From positions 289,664,001 through 289,728,000 of the forward strand of contig OZ024742.1 of NCBI GenBank assembly GCA_964016885.1: a DNA stretch of 64,000 nt, written 5' to 3'. The notes beneath the pieces are model-generated. The model did no database searches. It worked only from the letters and a program-made list of their open reading frames with translations, and was not told where the DNA came from. A program made the translations under genes and the position numbers. Of this stretch, positions 30,001-40,139 are shown in pieces. The stretch comes from Eledone cirrhosa (Eukaryota). Each line of letters starts with the position of its first letter. The first letter of the stretch is position 1.

Positions 30001-30494
30001 ATTGTAGAGGATGTTATGTGGCAGTGAGACAGTGGCAGTGATTGTAGAGGATGTTATGTGGTAGTGAGACAGTGGCAGTGATTGTAGAGGATGTTATGTG
30101 GCAGTGAGACAGTGGCAGTGATTGTAGAGGATGTTATGTGGTAGTGAGACAGTGGGAGTGATTGTAAAGGATGTTATGTGGCAGTGAGACAGTGGCAGTG
30201 ATTGTAGAGGATGTTATGTGGCAGTGAGACAGTGGCAGTGATTGTAGAGGATGTTATGTGGTAGTGAGACAGTGGCAGTGATTGTAGAGGATGTTATGTG
30301 GCAGTGAGACAGTGGCAGTGATTGTAGAGGATGTTATGTGGCAGTGAGATAGTGGCAGTGATTGTAGAGGATGTTATGTGGTAGTGAGACAGTGGCAGTG
30401 ATTGTAGAGGATGTTATGTGGTAGTGAGACAGTGGCAGTGATTGTAGAGGATGTTATGTGGTAGTGAGACAGTGGCAGTGATTGTAGAGGATGT
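1..30494. repeat. 40-bp tandem satellite, about 760 copies in the window, running off the left edge; consensus GGATGTTATGTGG(T/C)AGTGAGACAGTGGCAGTGATTGTAGA
   Basis: Directly visible. Near-perfect head-to-tail units, one common T/C polymorphic position, sparse substitutions and eight 26-bp deletion units. Confidence 0.99.
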
Positions 30495-30835
30495 AAGAAT
30501 GTAGAATGTAGTGAGACATGGGCAGTGAATGTGCAGGATATGTAATGTTACATGTAATGAAGTATGGGTAGAGAATGTAGATGAGTGATGTTGCATGGTA
30601 GTGAGACATGGGCACTGAATATAGAGGATGTGCAATATTACTTGATAGTGAGACATGGGCAGTGAATGTAGAGAATGGGTGGAGGCAAGATTGTATGAGG
30701 TCTGTATGCGAAGTATGATGTTACATAATAGTGAGATGCGGATAGTGAATATAGGTGTTACATGGCAGTGAAGCATAGGATATTAATAGATGTTGAATGG
30801 TAATGAGACATGAGCCATAAATGTAGAGGATGCTT
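30495..30835. repeat. Degenerate edge of the satellite (older, diverged monomers)
   Basis: Units such as GTAGTGAGACATGGGCAGTGAATGTAGAG keep the satellite skeleton with many changes. Confidence 0.85.
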
Positions 30836-30949
30836 GATGTTGGCAGGCAAAACAATTTGACCAGTGGCAGATATATTAAATCTTATTTCATAAAAAATGT
30901 TTTAAAAATGTTGAAACTCCATTGCCCTAGTGTCATACTCCACCATCAA

Positions 30950-31365
30950 CGCAAACTTTCTTTTTTCAGCCTCTCACTGAGCTGCATATACCTGTTGTAT
31001 AGCTTCCCTCATAGCTTCCTGGTACCGGTCTCTGCTATCCCTGTTGTCCAGTCTTTCCACACCTGTCTCTTGGCTTTAATGGCTCCATCCACTGTGCTGA
31101 TCCCTCATCAGGTCACATCAGTAGTTCGCAAATGGCTGTCACACAAGAATTTCCAGTTGTCCTCTACATTATATGTATGTAACTCATCACCCTTCTCATC
31201 AAATGCATCTTTTGGGGCCTTTCTAAAACTATATTTAACCGACAGGTCCTTTAGATTCCAAACCCTCTGTTTCCTTGTTTTCCTGCATGTCTTGTTCTAT
31301 CATGTGTTTAATCTGATGCCACTAATAACTAACTTGTGTTGGGTGACACATTCCTCTCCAGGGAT
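30950..31365 (-). mobile_element. Degenerate RTE LINE fragment (endonuclease end and linker)
   Basis: Minus strand reads PGEECVTQHKLVIS...VWNLKD...NVEDNWKFL...AIKAKRQVWKDW...QVY with stops and frameshifts; homologous to the intact RTE ORF at 35173-38439. Confidence 0.88.
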
Positions 31366-31992
31366 ATATATGTAGCGAAATCTGTCCGCGCCTTGAACCT
31401 TGGGTTACACCTAAATGTCAAATTCTAGGTCAACACCCTTTTGGTGTGAACAGGTTGATGGTTTGACTAGCCAGAGACATCGGAGCATGACACTAACAAC
31501 TCACTATGTAAGGATTCACTCCTATCAACAGACTCCAGTGGTCTACAGAAATAGAGACACTGGAGCACCCCACTACAGAACAAGCTATGTGAAAGATTCA
31601 CCACTATCAACGACCATGTACAAGCCACAGTGGTCTACAACCAATTACAGACCATTCAGAGGTATACAAATCATTACTCTCTCTTACTCACTACGGTCTC
31701 AGAATTACTACCACAGACTCCAAATAACAACAACATTATCTGTTTGCTCGCTGTTTTCACTTCAAAAACATTGTCAACCTTAACAACTCTTGGTAACTGT
31801 TTTATATGTACTTTTTAATTGATTCGCGTGAAGCAAACCATATATAAACTAAAATCTTTATTCTTGTTGTGGTCATTTCTAATGACTACATATAACCATC
31901 TAACTTCGTTAAATATACACACACACATACACACATATATATACAGAGAGAGAGAACCATAAGGTAAAATTAGACAAGATGTAATTCCTTAC

Positions 31993-32103
31993 TGTTTGGG
32001 TCAGTTGAGAAATATGAGGATGAGATGTTTGCCTTTGTTTTACTGTTCCTCCATGCATCAGTGCATCATGTTGTGAATGTAAATCTTCATTTTCACTTTC
32101 CAG
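31993..32103 (-). CDS. Exon 10 in window: LESENEDLHSQHDALMHGGTVKQRQTSHPHISQLTQT
   Basis: Acceptor tttttacag, donor gtaagg, 111 nt, phase 0/0. Confidence 0.8.
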
Positions 32104-32129
32104 CTGTAAAAATAAGACATTCAGAGATA

Positions 32130-32400
32130 CCAACACTAACAACACTGGCACTATGTAACATTGTACCACATGTGGTATTACACTAACAACACTGACACTA
32201 TGTAACATTGTACATGTGACACAACACTAACAATACTGTCACTGTATAACATTATACCACATGTCACTCTCACAACCCTAACAACACTGGCACTGTATAA
32301 CATTATACCACATGTCACTCACTACTCTAACAACACTGCTACTGTATAACATCATCCTACATATCACACAACATTAACAACACTGTATAACATCATATTA
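32130..32400. repeat. Degenerate minisatellite of about 45 bp (AACAACACTGGCACTGTATAACATTATACCACATGTC-like)
   Basis: About six diverged tandem copies just upstream of the exon 10 acceptor. Confidence 0.75.
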
Positions 32401-32589
32401 TGTGTCCTATCAGACCAAGGAAACAATGTTTCCATTGGATATTCCACTGCTGATACTAACTGTCAGTTGCAACTCCAGGTTGAAGAAGGTGGGATTTGAC
32501 TTCAAACTACATAGAGCCAGATCAGACACCACACAGCATCTTGTCTAATACTTTATCAATTTCACCAATCCCCTACCTTTAGACTGGTT

Positions 32590-32715
32590 TTTTATTTACT
32601 GAATACCCAAAAGGATGAAAAGGAAAGTTGAATGTGGCAGGATTTGAATCCAGATTTGAACAAATACTGAGGCATTTAATCTGACAATCTTACATTTTTT
32701 CCAATTCCCTCTCTT
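32590..32715 (-). mobile_element. tRNA-derived SINE fragment
   Basis: GGATGAAAAGGAAAGTTGAATGTGGCAGGATTTGAATC is the reverse complement of the B-box and central domain seen at 58696-58912. Confidence 0.55.
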
Positions 32716-33149
32716 GCTGGTTGTGTGGACTGGTGAAAATAAGGCAAGATTGAGGGGAAGGTTTCAATTTCTACCAAGTTAAATTAACAACAGTCTAATG
32801 AATCATTAACTCTTAACATCCTGTACTACATCAAAATGATTTAAACATATTGGTGATTTAATTAATTAATTAATAGCTAATAAAAATATTGTTTTTGAAA
32901 ATGTTTGTGATGTACGACAAGGTGTTGCTAATTGCATTTAATTCATTAACATTTTTTTTCTTCACATCATACAAGAGATTGCTGAAAAGTTCCTAGCTTG
33001 ATTGCTGCTACAGAGGCCTGGTTAGAGTTTTGTTCGAGCAAGGCACAGTCATCTGATCTGGCTTGTCTCACAGTGGGACAAATCATCTAACCCATACTAG
33101 TATGGAGAAATGGACATTAAACGATGATAATAAAGATGATGAAACTTAC

Positions 33150-33234
33150 ACGTTGCAGGGAATTTTTCACCCATTTTAGTTCCAACCGAGTTTGATATAA
33201 ACAATGATCAACTTCCTGTTTATCTTCACACTCC
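33150..33234 (-). CDS. Exon 9: ECEDKQEVDHCLYQTRLELKWVKNSLQR (coiled coil)
   Basis: Acceptor aattctag, donor gtaagt, 85 nt, phase 2/0. Confidence 0.85.
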
Positions 33235-33502
33235 CTAGAATTAAATTAATAATAAAATATAAATTAAACAACATTTTATTTTGTTTTTGAAGGCATTCAA
33301 TGTATTAATGTATTTGGAGTCATTCAGCATGTTACACATCCATTAATAAAATATTTATGCGAGGTGGTGTGCAAGAGAAGAATGTGATGGTATGGATATG
33401 TGATGCGCACGGATGATGGACTTTTTGTCGTGGACCATCACCACCATCATCAGTAATACCTAGCTACTGTTAATAATGAAGAAATCAATCAGAATAATTT
33501 AC

Positions 33503-33601
33503 TTCTTATAAAGTTGTTCCATTTTCTCCTTTTGTTTCTGACATTGTCCCAATAATATTTCTCCATCTTTAGATTTGTCACGTTCCTCAGCCAATTTATA
33601 T
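33503..33601 (-). CDS. Exon 8: YKLAEERDKSKDGEILLGQCQKQKEKMEQLYK
   Basis: Acceptor atatttcag, donor gtaaat, 99 nt, phase 2/2; lies within ORF 33499-33702. Confidence 0.85.
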
Positions 33602-33859
33602 CTGAAATATATCAACAACAGAAACTGAAGCAGAAACAAACACGCACAACTAAATAAACTCCTTTTGTTGACACAATCATCATCATCGTCATCATTTAAC
33701 ATCCATTTTTCTTGCTAGCAAGGGTTGGACGGGTCATCAGAAACTAAGTCAGTATTTAGTCAAAGCAACTGACCTCTCAGACGGGCCAGAAACGGAATCT
33801 CACTTAGTAATGTTCCTGCATTCTGGAGGAACATATGTCTATCCTCAACAACCTTCCTC

Positions 33860-34180
33860 AAAATGTGACCCATCCATCACATACTTCATAACATTCATCA
33901 CTGTCTCTATTCCTCACACATGATCACTTCATCCTTCCTCAACATATGACCCAACCATCTTAAACTATTTCTCTTCATAACATTCATCATTGGCTCTATT
34001 CCTCACACACAATCACTTCATCCTTCCTCAACATATGATCGAACTATCTTAATTCTCTTCATAACATTTATTACTAGCTCTATTCCTACCACATGATCAC
34101 TTCATCCTTCCTCAACATGTGACCGAACTATCTTAAACCATTTCTCTTCACAACATTTATTACTAGCTCTATTCCTATCA
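33860..34180. repeat. Tandem repeat of 83-90 bp, about 3.5 copies
   Basis: CTTCATAACATT...CTCTATTCCT...ATCACTTCATCCTTCCTCAACAT recurs near 33884, 33973, 34056 and 34146. Confidence 0.8.
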
Positions 34181-34649
34181 TTGACTGCAACACATTGTTT
34201 GTCTTACTCTCTTTCTCTCAACAATACTCCACTCAACATATAAACCAACTATCCCTACTTTATTAATTTAATGCAATGTTTCCATGATGAGGATCTCAAT
34301 ACAGATCAAAACTTGAATCAAAACTGTTCATGTCTTTATTCTTTCTAGTGCAGGTGCTATAATAAAATGAGCCCAGTACATTCTATAAATTGGTAGCGCT
34401 GGTGCTACAAGCAAATGCATCCAGTACACTCTGTAATGCATTTGGCATTAGGAAAGTAATATATTTTCTCTACATTCACTGCTAATGTTTCATTGATATG
34501 CAACATCACCCTTCTCATGCAGGTATCATACAGTCTACCTAAGTTAAGCACATCTTTCTACAAACTTCAATCTTACCATGCCCACCTCTCTAGACCAAAA
34601 ACCCTTAATAAACAATAAATAAAGAGAATAAAAATAAATGAAATCTTAC

Positions 34650-34730
34650 TTTAAGATACTTATCTTGGATTCTAAATTAATTTTATGCTGTTCCAGAGCA
34701 GATTTTTCTTGATTTACAGCTTGAAGTTTT
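34650..34730 (-). CDS. Exon 7: KLQAVNQEKSALEQHKINLESKISIL
   Basis: Acceptor tttatttcag, donor gtaaga, 81 nt, phase 2/2. Confidence 0.85.
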
Positions 34731-34760
34731 CTGAAATAAAACATAGGAACATATATATAT

Positions 34761-37700
34761 CATCATCATCATCATCAACGTTTAACGTCCGTGTTCCACG
34801 CTTGCATGGGTTTGGACGGGGGTAGTCCCACTTGAGGCAAGAGTGATTGTCTTGCTCGCATAGGACTGTCTGGCAGGTTTTCTACAGTTGGATGCCCTTC
34901 CTAACACCAACCACATTTACAGTGTGGGTCTGGGAGGTTTTTACCGTGTTGCCTACACGGCCACATTACAGCGTGGACTGTGTGTTTTTTTGTCGTGACA
35001 CCTACACGATCTCATTTGTTTCGGCCTGGATGGTGTGGCACCAACACAACTTTACATAGAACGGGGTGGTGTGGATGGGGGGGTGGGGGGGTGGGATGGG
35101 GGGGTGGTGGGATGGGGGGGGGGGGGATTTTGTTAGAGGTGCCTACTGGTTGTAGTAGGTTTTACTATGTATTTAGGTAAGGTGGGTCTTCTCTGTTACT
35201 GAGTACCGCCAAAGGTCTCGGTCCAGTGACATTGTCTTGGAGAGGTGTAAGTGTGTGAGGTCAGAGTTTATCAGCTCGTCCCAGGTTTTTCTAGGTCTGC
35301 CTATTCCGTGGCTACCGTATATCTTTATTGCCCTGCACTTTGTTATACAGCTATCGACTTTCATGCGCATCACGTGTCCATACCAACGTAGCCTTCTCTC
35401 GAGTAAACAACATCTGATCCCTCTTATTTTTAATTTTTTCCTTAGTTCGTTTATGCTTTGCCGTTCACGTATATTACTGTTACACATCCAGCGGAGCATG
35501 CAAGCTTCGTTCCTCTCTAGTCTGCGTATATCCTCTGCACACAATGCCCAGGTCTCACTGCCATGCAGCATTGCTGTTCGTATGCAGGCATCGTACAACC
35601 TGCCTTTCATTTTTAGGGAGAACCCTTTAGCGGCTAATAGTGGTATAAGCTCTCTGAACTTTTTCCAACCAGTTCTGACTCTAGCTACTGTACTTTCAGA
35701 GCACCCTCCCCCACTGCTGATTTTATCACCCAGGTAACGGAAGCTGTCCACTATTTCTATAGAACCCTCTGCGCAATTGAAAGAGCTAGTATTTTGTGGG
35801 CACTTGCTGCTACTTATTGCACCAGAGCACCGGCCACATGTAAAATCTATGTTCTTAGTTAGCTTACCTGTGATCCCACTACATCTTTTATGCACCCATA
35901 CTTTGCATTTAGGACATAAAATGGAGTTTCTACCTACGCCTTTCCTACACACCGAGCACGACCATTTCCCTGAAGGGACCGCCGCCTTATTTTCTTTCCT
36001 ACAAACTAGAACTTTAGTCTTAGCCAGGTTAATTTTAAGGCCTTTTGATTCTAGGCCGTGCTTCCATGTTTGGAATTTCTTCTCTAGCTCGGCCATTGAT
36101 TCCGCTATGAGTGTCAGGTCGTCTGCGTATAGGAGTTCCCATGGGCAGCCGGTCTTGAACTCCTCCGTTATAGCCTGAAGGGCAATAATAAATAGTAGGG
36201 GGCTGAGAACAGAGCCCTGATGGACACCAACTTTTACGCTAAACTCTTCACTATATTCGTTGTTAATTCTAACCTTGCTGACTGTTTCTTTATACATGGC
36301 TTGTATAGCTCTCACAAGCCATTCGTCAACGCCTAGTTTTCTAAGAGCCCACCAGATAATGGAGCGGGGGACTCTGTCGAAGGCTTTCTCCAAGTCGACA
36401 AAAGCTAAGTAGAGGGGTTTACCTTTAGCTAGGTACTCCTGTAGTTGTCGTAAAATGAAAAGAGCGTCTGTGGTACTTTTGCCTGACACAAACCCGAACT
36501 GCATTTCATCTAGGTCAATTCTCTCTCTGATTAGTTGTGCTATTACTTTTTCCGTGACCTTCATGACCTGGTCGATTAATTTAATGCCTCTATAGTTACT
36601 CCTATCTAGGGCGTCTCCTTTACCCTTATAACAGTTAACGATGATGCTGCTATGCCAGTCCTTAGGAACAACCCCATTCTGTACGACTTGGTTAACTATG
36701 CGGGTGACCATGGTGTGTCCCACCGTGCCAGATGCCTTCAGCATCTCAGCAACTATTTCCGAAGGCCCAGCCGCCTTACCCGTCTTCATATCCTTGATTG
36801 CCTTACTTATCATACTCCCCTCGACTAACACTGCTGGTCCCTCTATTGGGTCGATATGGGGGAGACTGTCTTTCTCCCATTTATTCTCCTCATTTAGTAG
36901 CCTTTCATAGTGACACTTCCAAGCTACCTTCTTATCAGCGTCGGTGATGGCAAGTGTGCCATCGTCGTTTAGTACACACTTCTCCCCGACAATATCACGG
37001 TTTTCCTTGACGCATTGCCTAGCAATCCTGAACACCTCACGTTTTTGGTCATCGCGTTGTAGAACATGCTTGAACTTTCTTTCCTCAGCTTCCCTTCTTG
37101 CTAAGTACACTTGTCTCCTAGCTTCCCTCCTGGCCACTTGATAGTCTTCTCTACTTCCCCCATCACGCCATACTTTCCAAGCCTGCTTTTTGGCCTTAAT
37201 TGACCCCTCCACCTTACTGTTCCACCACCATGTTACTCTCCTCCTGCCTACAGGCCTGCTCCAGCCACAGACTTCGTCTGTCGCCAACAGCAGGTTTGCT
37301 TTCAGAAATTCCCACTCTCCCTCTATATTGTCCGACTCTAAAAGTTCTTCCTTACTGTCGAAAGCATCAAGTAATATGCTTTGAAATTTATTCCTGGCTG
37401 TGGGGTCCTTTAGCTTCCATATTTTTCTCCTGAGGATAGTCCTCTTCTGTTGTCGAGTACGTCTCGTCCTGACTATGAGGTCGCTAATTATCAGTCTATG
37501 TTGGGAGGTGCATTCTTCATGGGGGAGGGATTTAGTGTTTACAACAGACACTCTGTCACGTCTTCTGGTAAGGATATAATCTACCTGGCTTGTGTGTTCC
37601 CCGGATCTATAGGTGATCAGGTGATTGTCACATTTTTTGAAGTTAGTGTTACAGATAGTTAGGTTATTTGCATCACAGAATTCCAGGATTCTGGAGCCTT

Positions 37701-39059
37701 CCTCATTTCTAGTACCAAACCCATAGCCTCCATGGATTTCGTCGTAGCCGTCACAATGTTGTCCAACGTGACCATTTAGGTCGCCTGCAATAATTATATA
37801 GTCACTGTCGGATATTTGGGAGGTAGTTAGCATCAGTGTCTCATAGAATCTGTCTTTTATAGTGCCGGGCAGTCCGGATTGGGGTGCGTACGCAGATATT
37901 ACTGTCACCGTAGTTCTATTGAGGACAAGTCGTATTTTAATTATTCTGTCGTTCACTCTATTTACGTCTATTATCTTATCTGCCCACTTTTCTGCTACCA
38001 TGATTCCTACTCCACCCAGCCCATCGTCGTTTCCCACCCAGAAAAGCTTATAACATCGTTTTTTACCCTCAATGAATCTAGCAGACCCACCCCTCCACCT
38101 GGTCTCTTGAATACAACAAACATCGACCTCCTTACGTTCAAGCATTTCTACAACCTCGTTAGCGCGACCCTTTAGGGTGCCTACATTTATGGTACCAACT
38201 CTGAAGTTTTGGATTGCGTTTGGGGGTTGGGGGCGGTAGGGGGCGGGGGGTGATGGGGTTATGTTAGCCGTCCGCGGTCGAAACAATGAGGAGTGCTCGC
38301 ATTCTCGTCCACGAGGTGAATTTGTCTTTATCTTTATCTTTGGCATTGTCGCTGAGCGTCCAGATTTTTCTCTCTCTCCTCCACTCTCCAGGATTCCGCA
38401 GTCCATCCATCCATCATATATCGAAAGGCAACCAGGCAAGCGATAGTATAGGCCTCTGGCTTATGATTGGTCCGCGTAATAATAATACTGGTGATGCGTG
38501 GGGGCTCTGGCTTATGATTGGTCCACGTAATAGCAATGATTGGTCCATGTAATAGCAATGGTGGTGCGTGGGGGCGGGAGGGAGGGGTGTTGGGTAGCTA
38601 GATAGAAGGTAATGATTGAATGGGGTCCTTGCATTTAACAAGCGATTAACAAAAATACAAAATTTGTTCTGTTCAATACGACCAAAAACTTTTGTATCTA
38701 ACAATTAATGAATACAAAAAATGTAGATTGTTTTAGCGATAGATTGGCTATTTGGACTTGATACGAAATATGGAGTGTGGAGGTAGAGATGAAGAAGAAT
38801 ATGTACATTACGTTACATGAATATCGTGGTTTAGACAGCAAAGCAATGAAATTTGGCGAAGTGAATTTCTATCATATATATATAGAGAGAGAGAGAGGGT
38901 TGGGGGGGTGGCCGTATGATGTGTGTGTGAGTATTGGGCGGTTGACCGCCATGCCCTCGCGAAGTAGGGGGGTGGGGGTCGAGGAAGCGGGAGTTTAGAG
39001 TTTCGAAAGAAGGAAGAAGGAAAGGATTTTGTTTTTTGTTTTGAAAATACGCTAGAATT

Positions 39060-39062
<3 letters not shown>
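34761..39062 (-). mobile_element. Apparently full-length RTE-clade LINE (about 4.3 kb) inserted in a (TA)n tract
   Basis: Single long ORF; 3' UTR ends in a (GAT)n tail (catcatcat at 34761-34776); about 0.6-0.7 kb of 5' region; (TA)n on both flanks. Confidence 0.9.
35173..38439 (-). CDS. RTE LINE polyprotein: APE endonuclease, reverse transcriptase and PHD-like Cys/His finger
   Basis: 1088-aa uninterrupted ORF with motifs GTINVGTL, CIQETRW, SAYAPQ, GDLNGHVG, DLEKAFD, GVHQGSVLSP, LLYADDL, CSVC..CPKC..H..C..CGRC and WYGHVMR. The true start may be a downstream ATG such as MPKIK. Confidence 0.96.
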   Translation of the reverse strand: MPGCLSIYDGWMDCGILESGGEREKSGRSATMPKIKIKTNSPRGRECEHSSLFRPRTANITPSPPAPYRPQPPNAIQNFRVGTINVGTLKGRANEVVEMLERKEVDVCCIQETRWRGGSARFIEGKKRCYKLFWVGNDDGLGGVGIMVAEKWADKIIDVNRVNDRIIKIRLVLNRTTVTVISAYAPQSGLPGTIKDRFYETLMLTTSQISDSDYIIIAGDLNGHVGQHCDGYDEIHGGYGFGTRNEEGSRILEFCDANNLTICNTNFKKCDNHLITYRSGEHTSQVDYILTRRRDRVSVVNTKSLPHEECTSQHRLIISDLIVRTRRTRQQKRTILRRKIWKLKDPTARNKFQSILLDAFDSKEELLESDNIEGEWEFLKANLLLATDEVCGWSRPVGRRRVTWWWNSKVEGSIKAKKQAWKVWRDGGSREDYQVARREARRQVYLARREAEERKFKHVLQRDDQKREVFRIARQCVKENRDIVGEKCVLNDDGTLAITDADKKVAWKCHYERLLNEENKWEKDSLPHIDPIEGPAVLVEGSMISKAIKDMKTGKAAGPSEIVAEMLKASGTVGHTMVTRIVNQVVQNGVVPKDWHSSIIVNCYKGKGDALDRSNYRGIKLIDQVMKVTEKVIAQLIRERIDLDEMQFGFVSGKSTTDALFILRQLQEYLAKGKPLYLAFVDLEKAFDRVPRSIIWWALRKLGVDEWLVRAIQAMYKETVSKVRINNEYSEEFSVKVGVHQGSVLSPLLFIIALQAITEEFKTGCPWELLYADDLTLIAESMAELEKKFQTWKHGLESKGLKINLAKTKVLVCRKENKAAVPSGKWSCSVCRKGVGRNSILCPKCKVWVHKRCSGITGKLTKNIDFTCGRCSGAISSSKCPQNTSSFNCAEGSIEIVDSFRYLGDKISSGGGCSESTVARVRTGWKKFRELIPLLAAKGFSLKMKGRLYDACIRTAMLHGSETWALCAEDIRRLERNEACMLRWMCNSNIRERQSINELRKKLKIRGIRCCLLERRLRWYGHVMRMKVDSCITKCRAIKIYGSHGIGRPRKTWDELINSDLTHLHLSKTMSLDRDLWRYSVTEKTHLT

Positions 39063-39115
<53 letters not shown>

Positions 39116-39136
39116 ATGTGTGTGTGTGTGTGTGTG
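39063..39136. repeat. (TA)n(TG)n compound microsatellite
   Basis: Directly visible. Confidence 0.95.
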
Positions 39137-39699
39137 CACGTGCATGCATGTGTAACTCTCTCCATGCTTTTTTTAAAAAATACATTTTTCTTCTTTTTAC
39201 TATTTAATGAAAGGTGTAACCTATGGTGAAAACTGCCAGGCAACAACAGGCTATTCTGCTAGTACATATATATATATATATATATATATAATCTTTTTAA
39301 TGTCTGCTTTCCCTGCTATTAATTATAAGTGAACTTATATTTCTAGCTGTCACCTCTATTTTTGTATGGTAGTTCATAAAATTTCTATAGTTACTGAATG
39401 TTATATTATTTTTTATCAATGATAAATTTTAATTACATCTTTAGGCTTCCACAAATCTTAACATTTCCCCAACAATATTTGAATGCTACTGTTTATGTTT
39501 TCACTGGAATTCTTGAACATGTAAGGTATATGTTAATTGAATCTGAAGAGTTATTCAAACATGAATTGAACATTCTTGTTAATTAACGAAACGGCCATAA
39601 ATCAATTAAATGCTTCAATTAAAATCCTTGTTAATCTTTGTTCTTTATGTGTGTGTGTATAATCATCATTATCATTTTAACATCTGCTTTCCCTGCTAG

Positions 39700-39855
39700 C
39701 AAGATGCTGCATGGTAGTGAATTATGGGCAGTGACTGCAGAAGACATGCGTAGACTGGAGAGAAATGAAGTAGCCATGTTTTGTTGGATGTGCAATGTTA
39801 ATGTGAGAGAAAGGCAGAGCTTGGATGAACTGAGGGAGAAACTGGGCTTAAGAAC
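39700..39855 (+). mobile_element. Short RTE LINE C-terminal fragment
   Basis: MLHGSELWAVTAEDMRRLERNEVAMFCWMCNVNVRERQSLDELREKLG matches the RTE ORF C-terminus. Confidence 0.88.
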
Positions 39856-39920
39856 AAACCCAAAGTTATCCATGAAAATAGGATAATTGAATGCCTTAAC
39901 TTAAAAAATTAATTCCATAC

Positions 39921-40053
39921 TTGTGCATATTTTTATTTTCATCTTGGAGAACATGGTATTGGTTTTCTATCAAAGTTTTCTGATTCTTTTCCTTCTTCAA
40001 CCTTTGACGATATTCATTGATGTGTTGTTGGAACTTGGCAGCAGAGGTTGGGT
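39921..40053 (-). CDS. Exon 6: (D)PTSAAKFQQHINEYRQRLKKEKNQKTLIENQYHVLQDENKNMH
   Basis: Acceptor cccccaacag, donor gtatgg, 133 nt, phase 1/2. Absent from the ORF track but open and phase-compatible on both sides. Confidence 0.85.
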
Positions 40054-40139
40054 CTGTTGGGGGATATAATGGCATTTCATTAATGTTGTTATGGCATGGC
40101 AGTTAATGTCATTATAGAATGGCATTTAATTAATATCAC

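Noticed and set aside
1-30494. CRISPR array or an information-bearing binary code in the T/C pattern
   Set aside because: There are no unique spacers and no cas genes, and the context is eukaryotic. The T/C pattern repeats with the higher-order blocks, as expected from duplication.
1-30776. Satellite as a repetitive protein-coding region, including ORF 30414-30776
   Set aside because: A 40-bp unit cycles through all frames and contains stops on both strands. The short ORF exists only at the degenerate edge.
30830-31375. 181-aa plus-strand ORF
   Set aside because: It is the antisense shadow of a degenerate RTE fragment.
35237-38175. Multiple plus-strand ORFs overlapping the RTE (and similar ones over the PLE and CR1)
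   Set aside because: They are antisense or alternate-frame shadows of retroelement coding sequence with no recognisable motifs.
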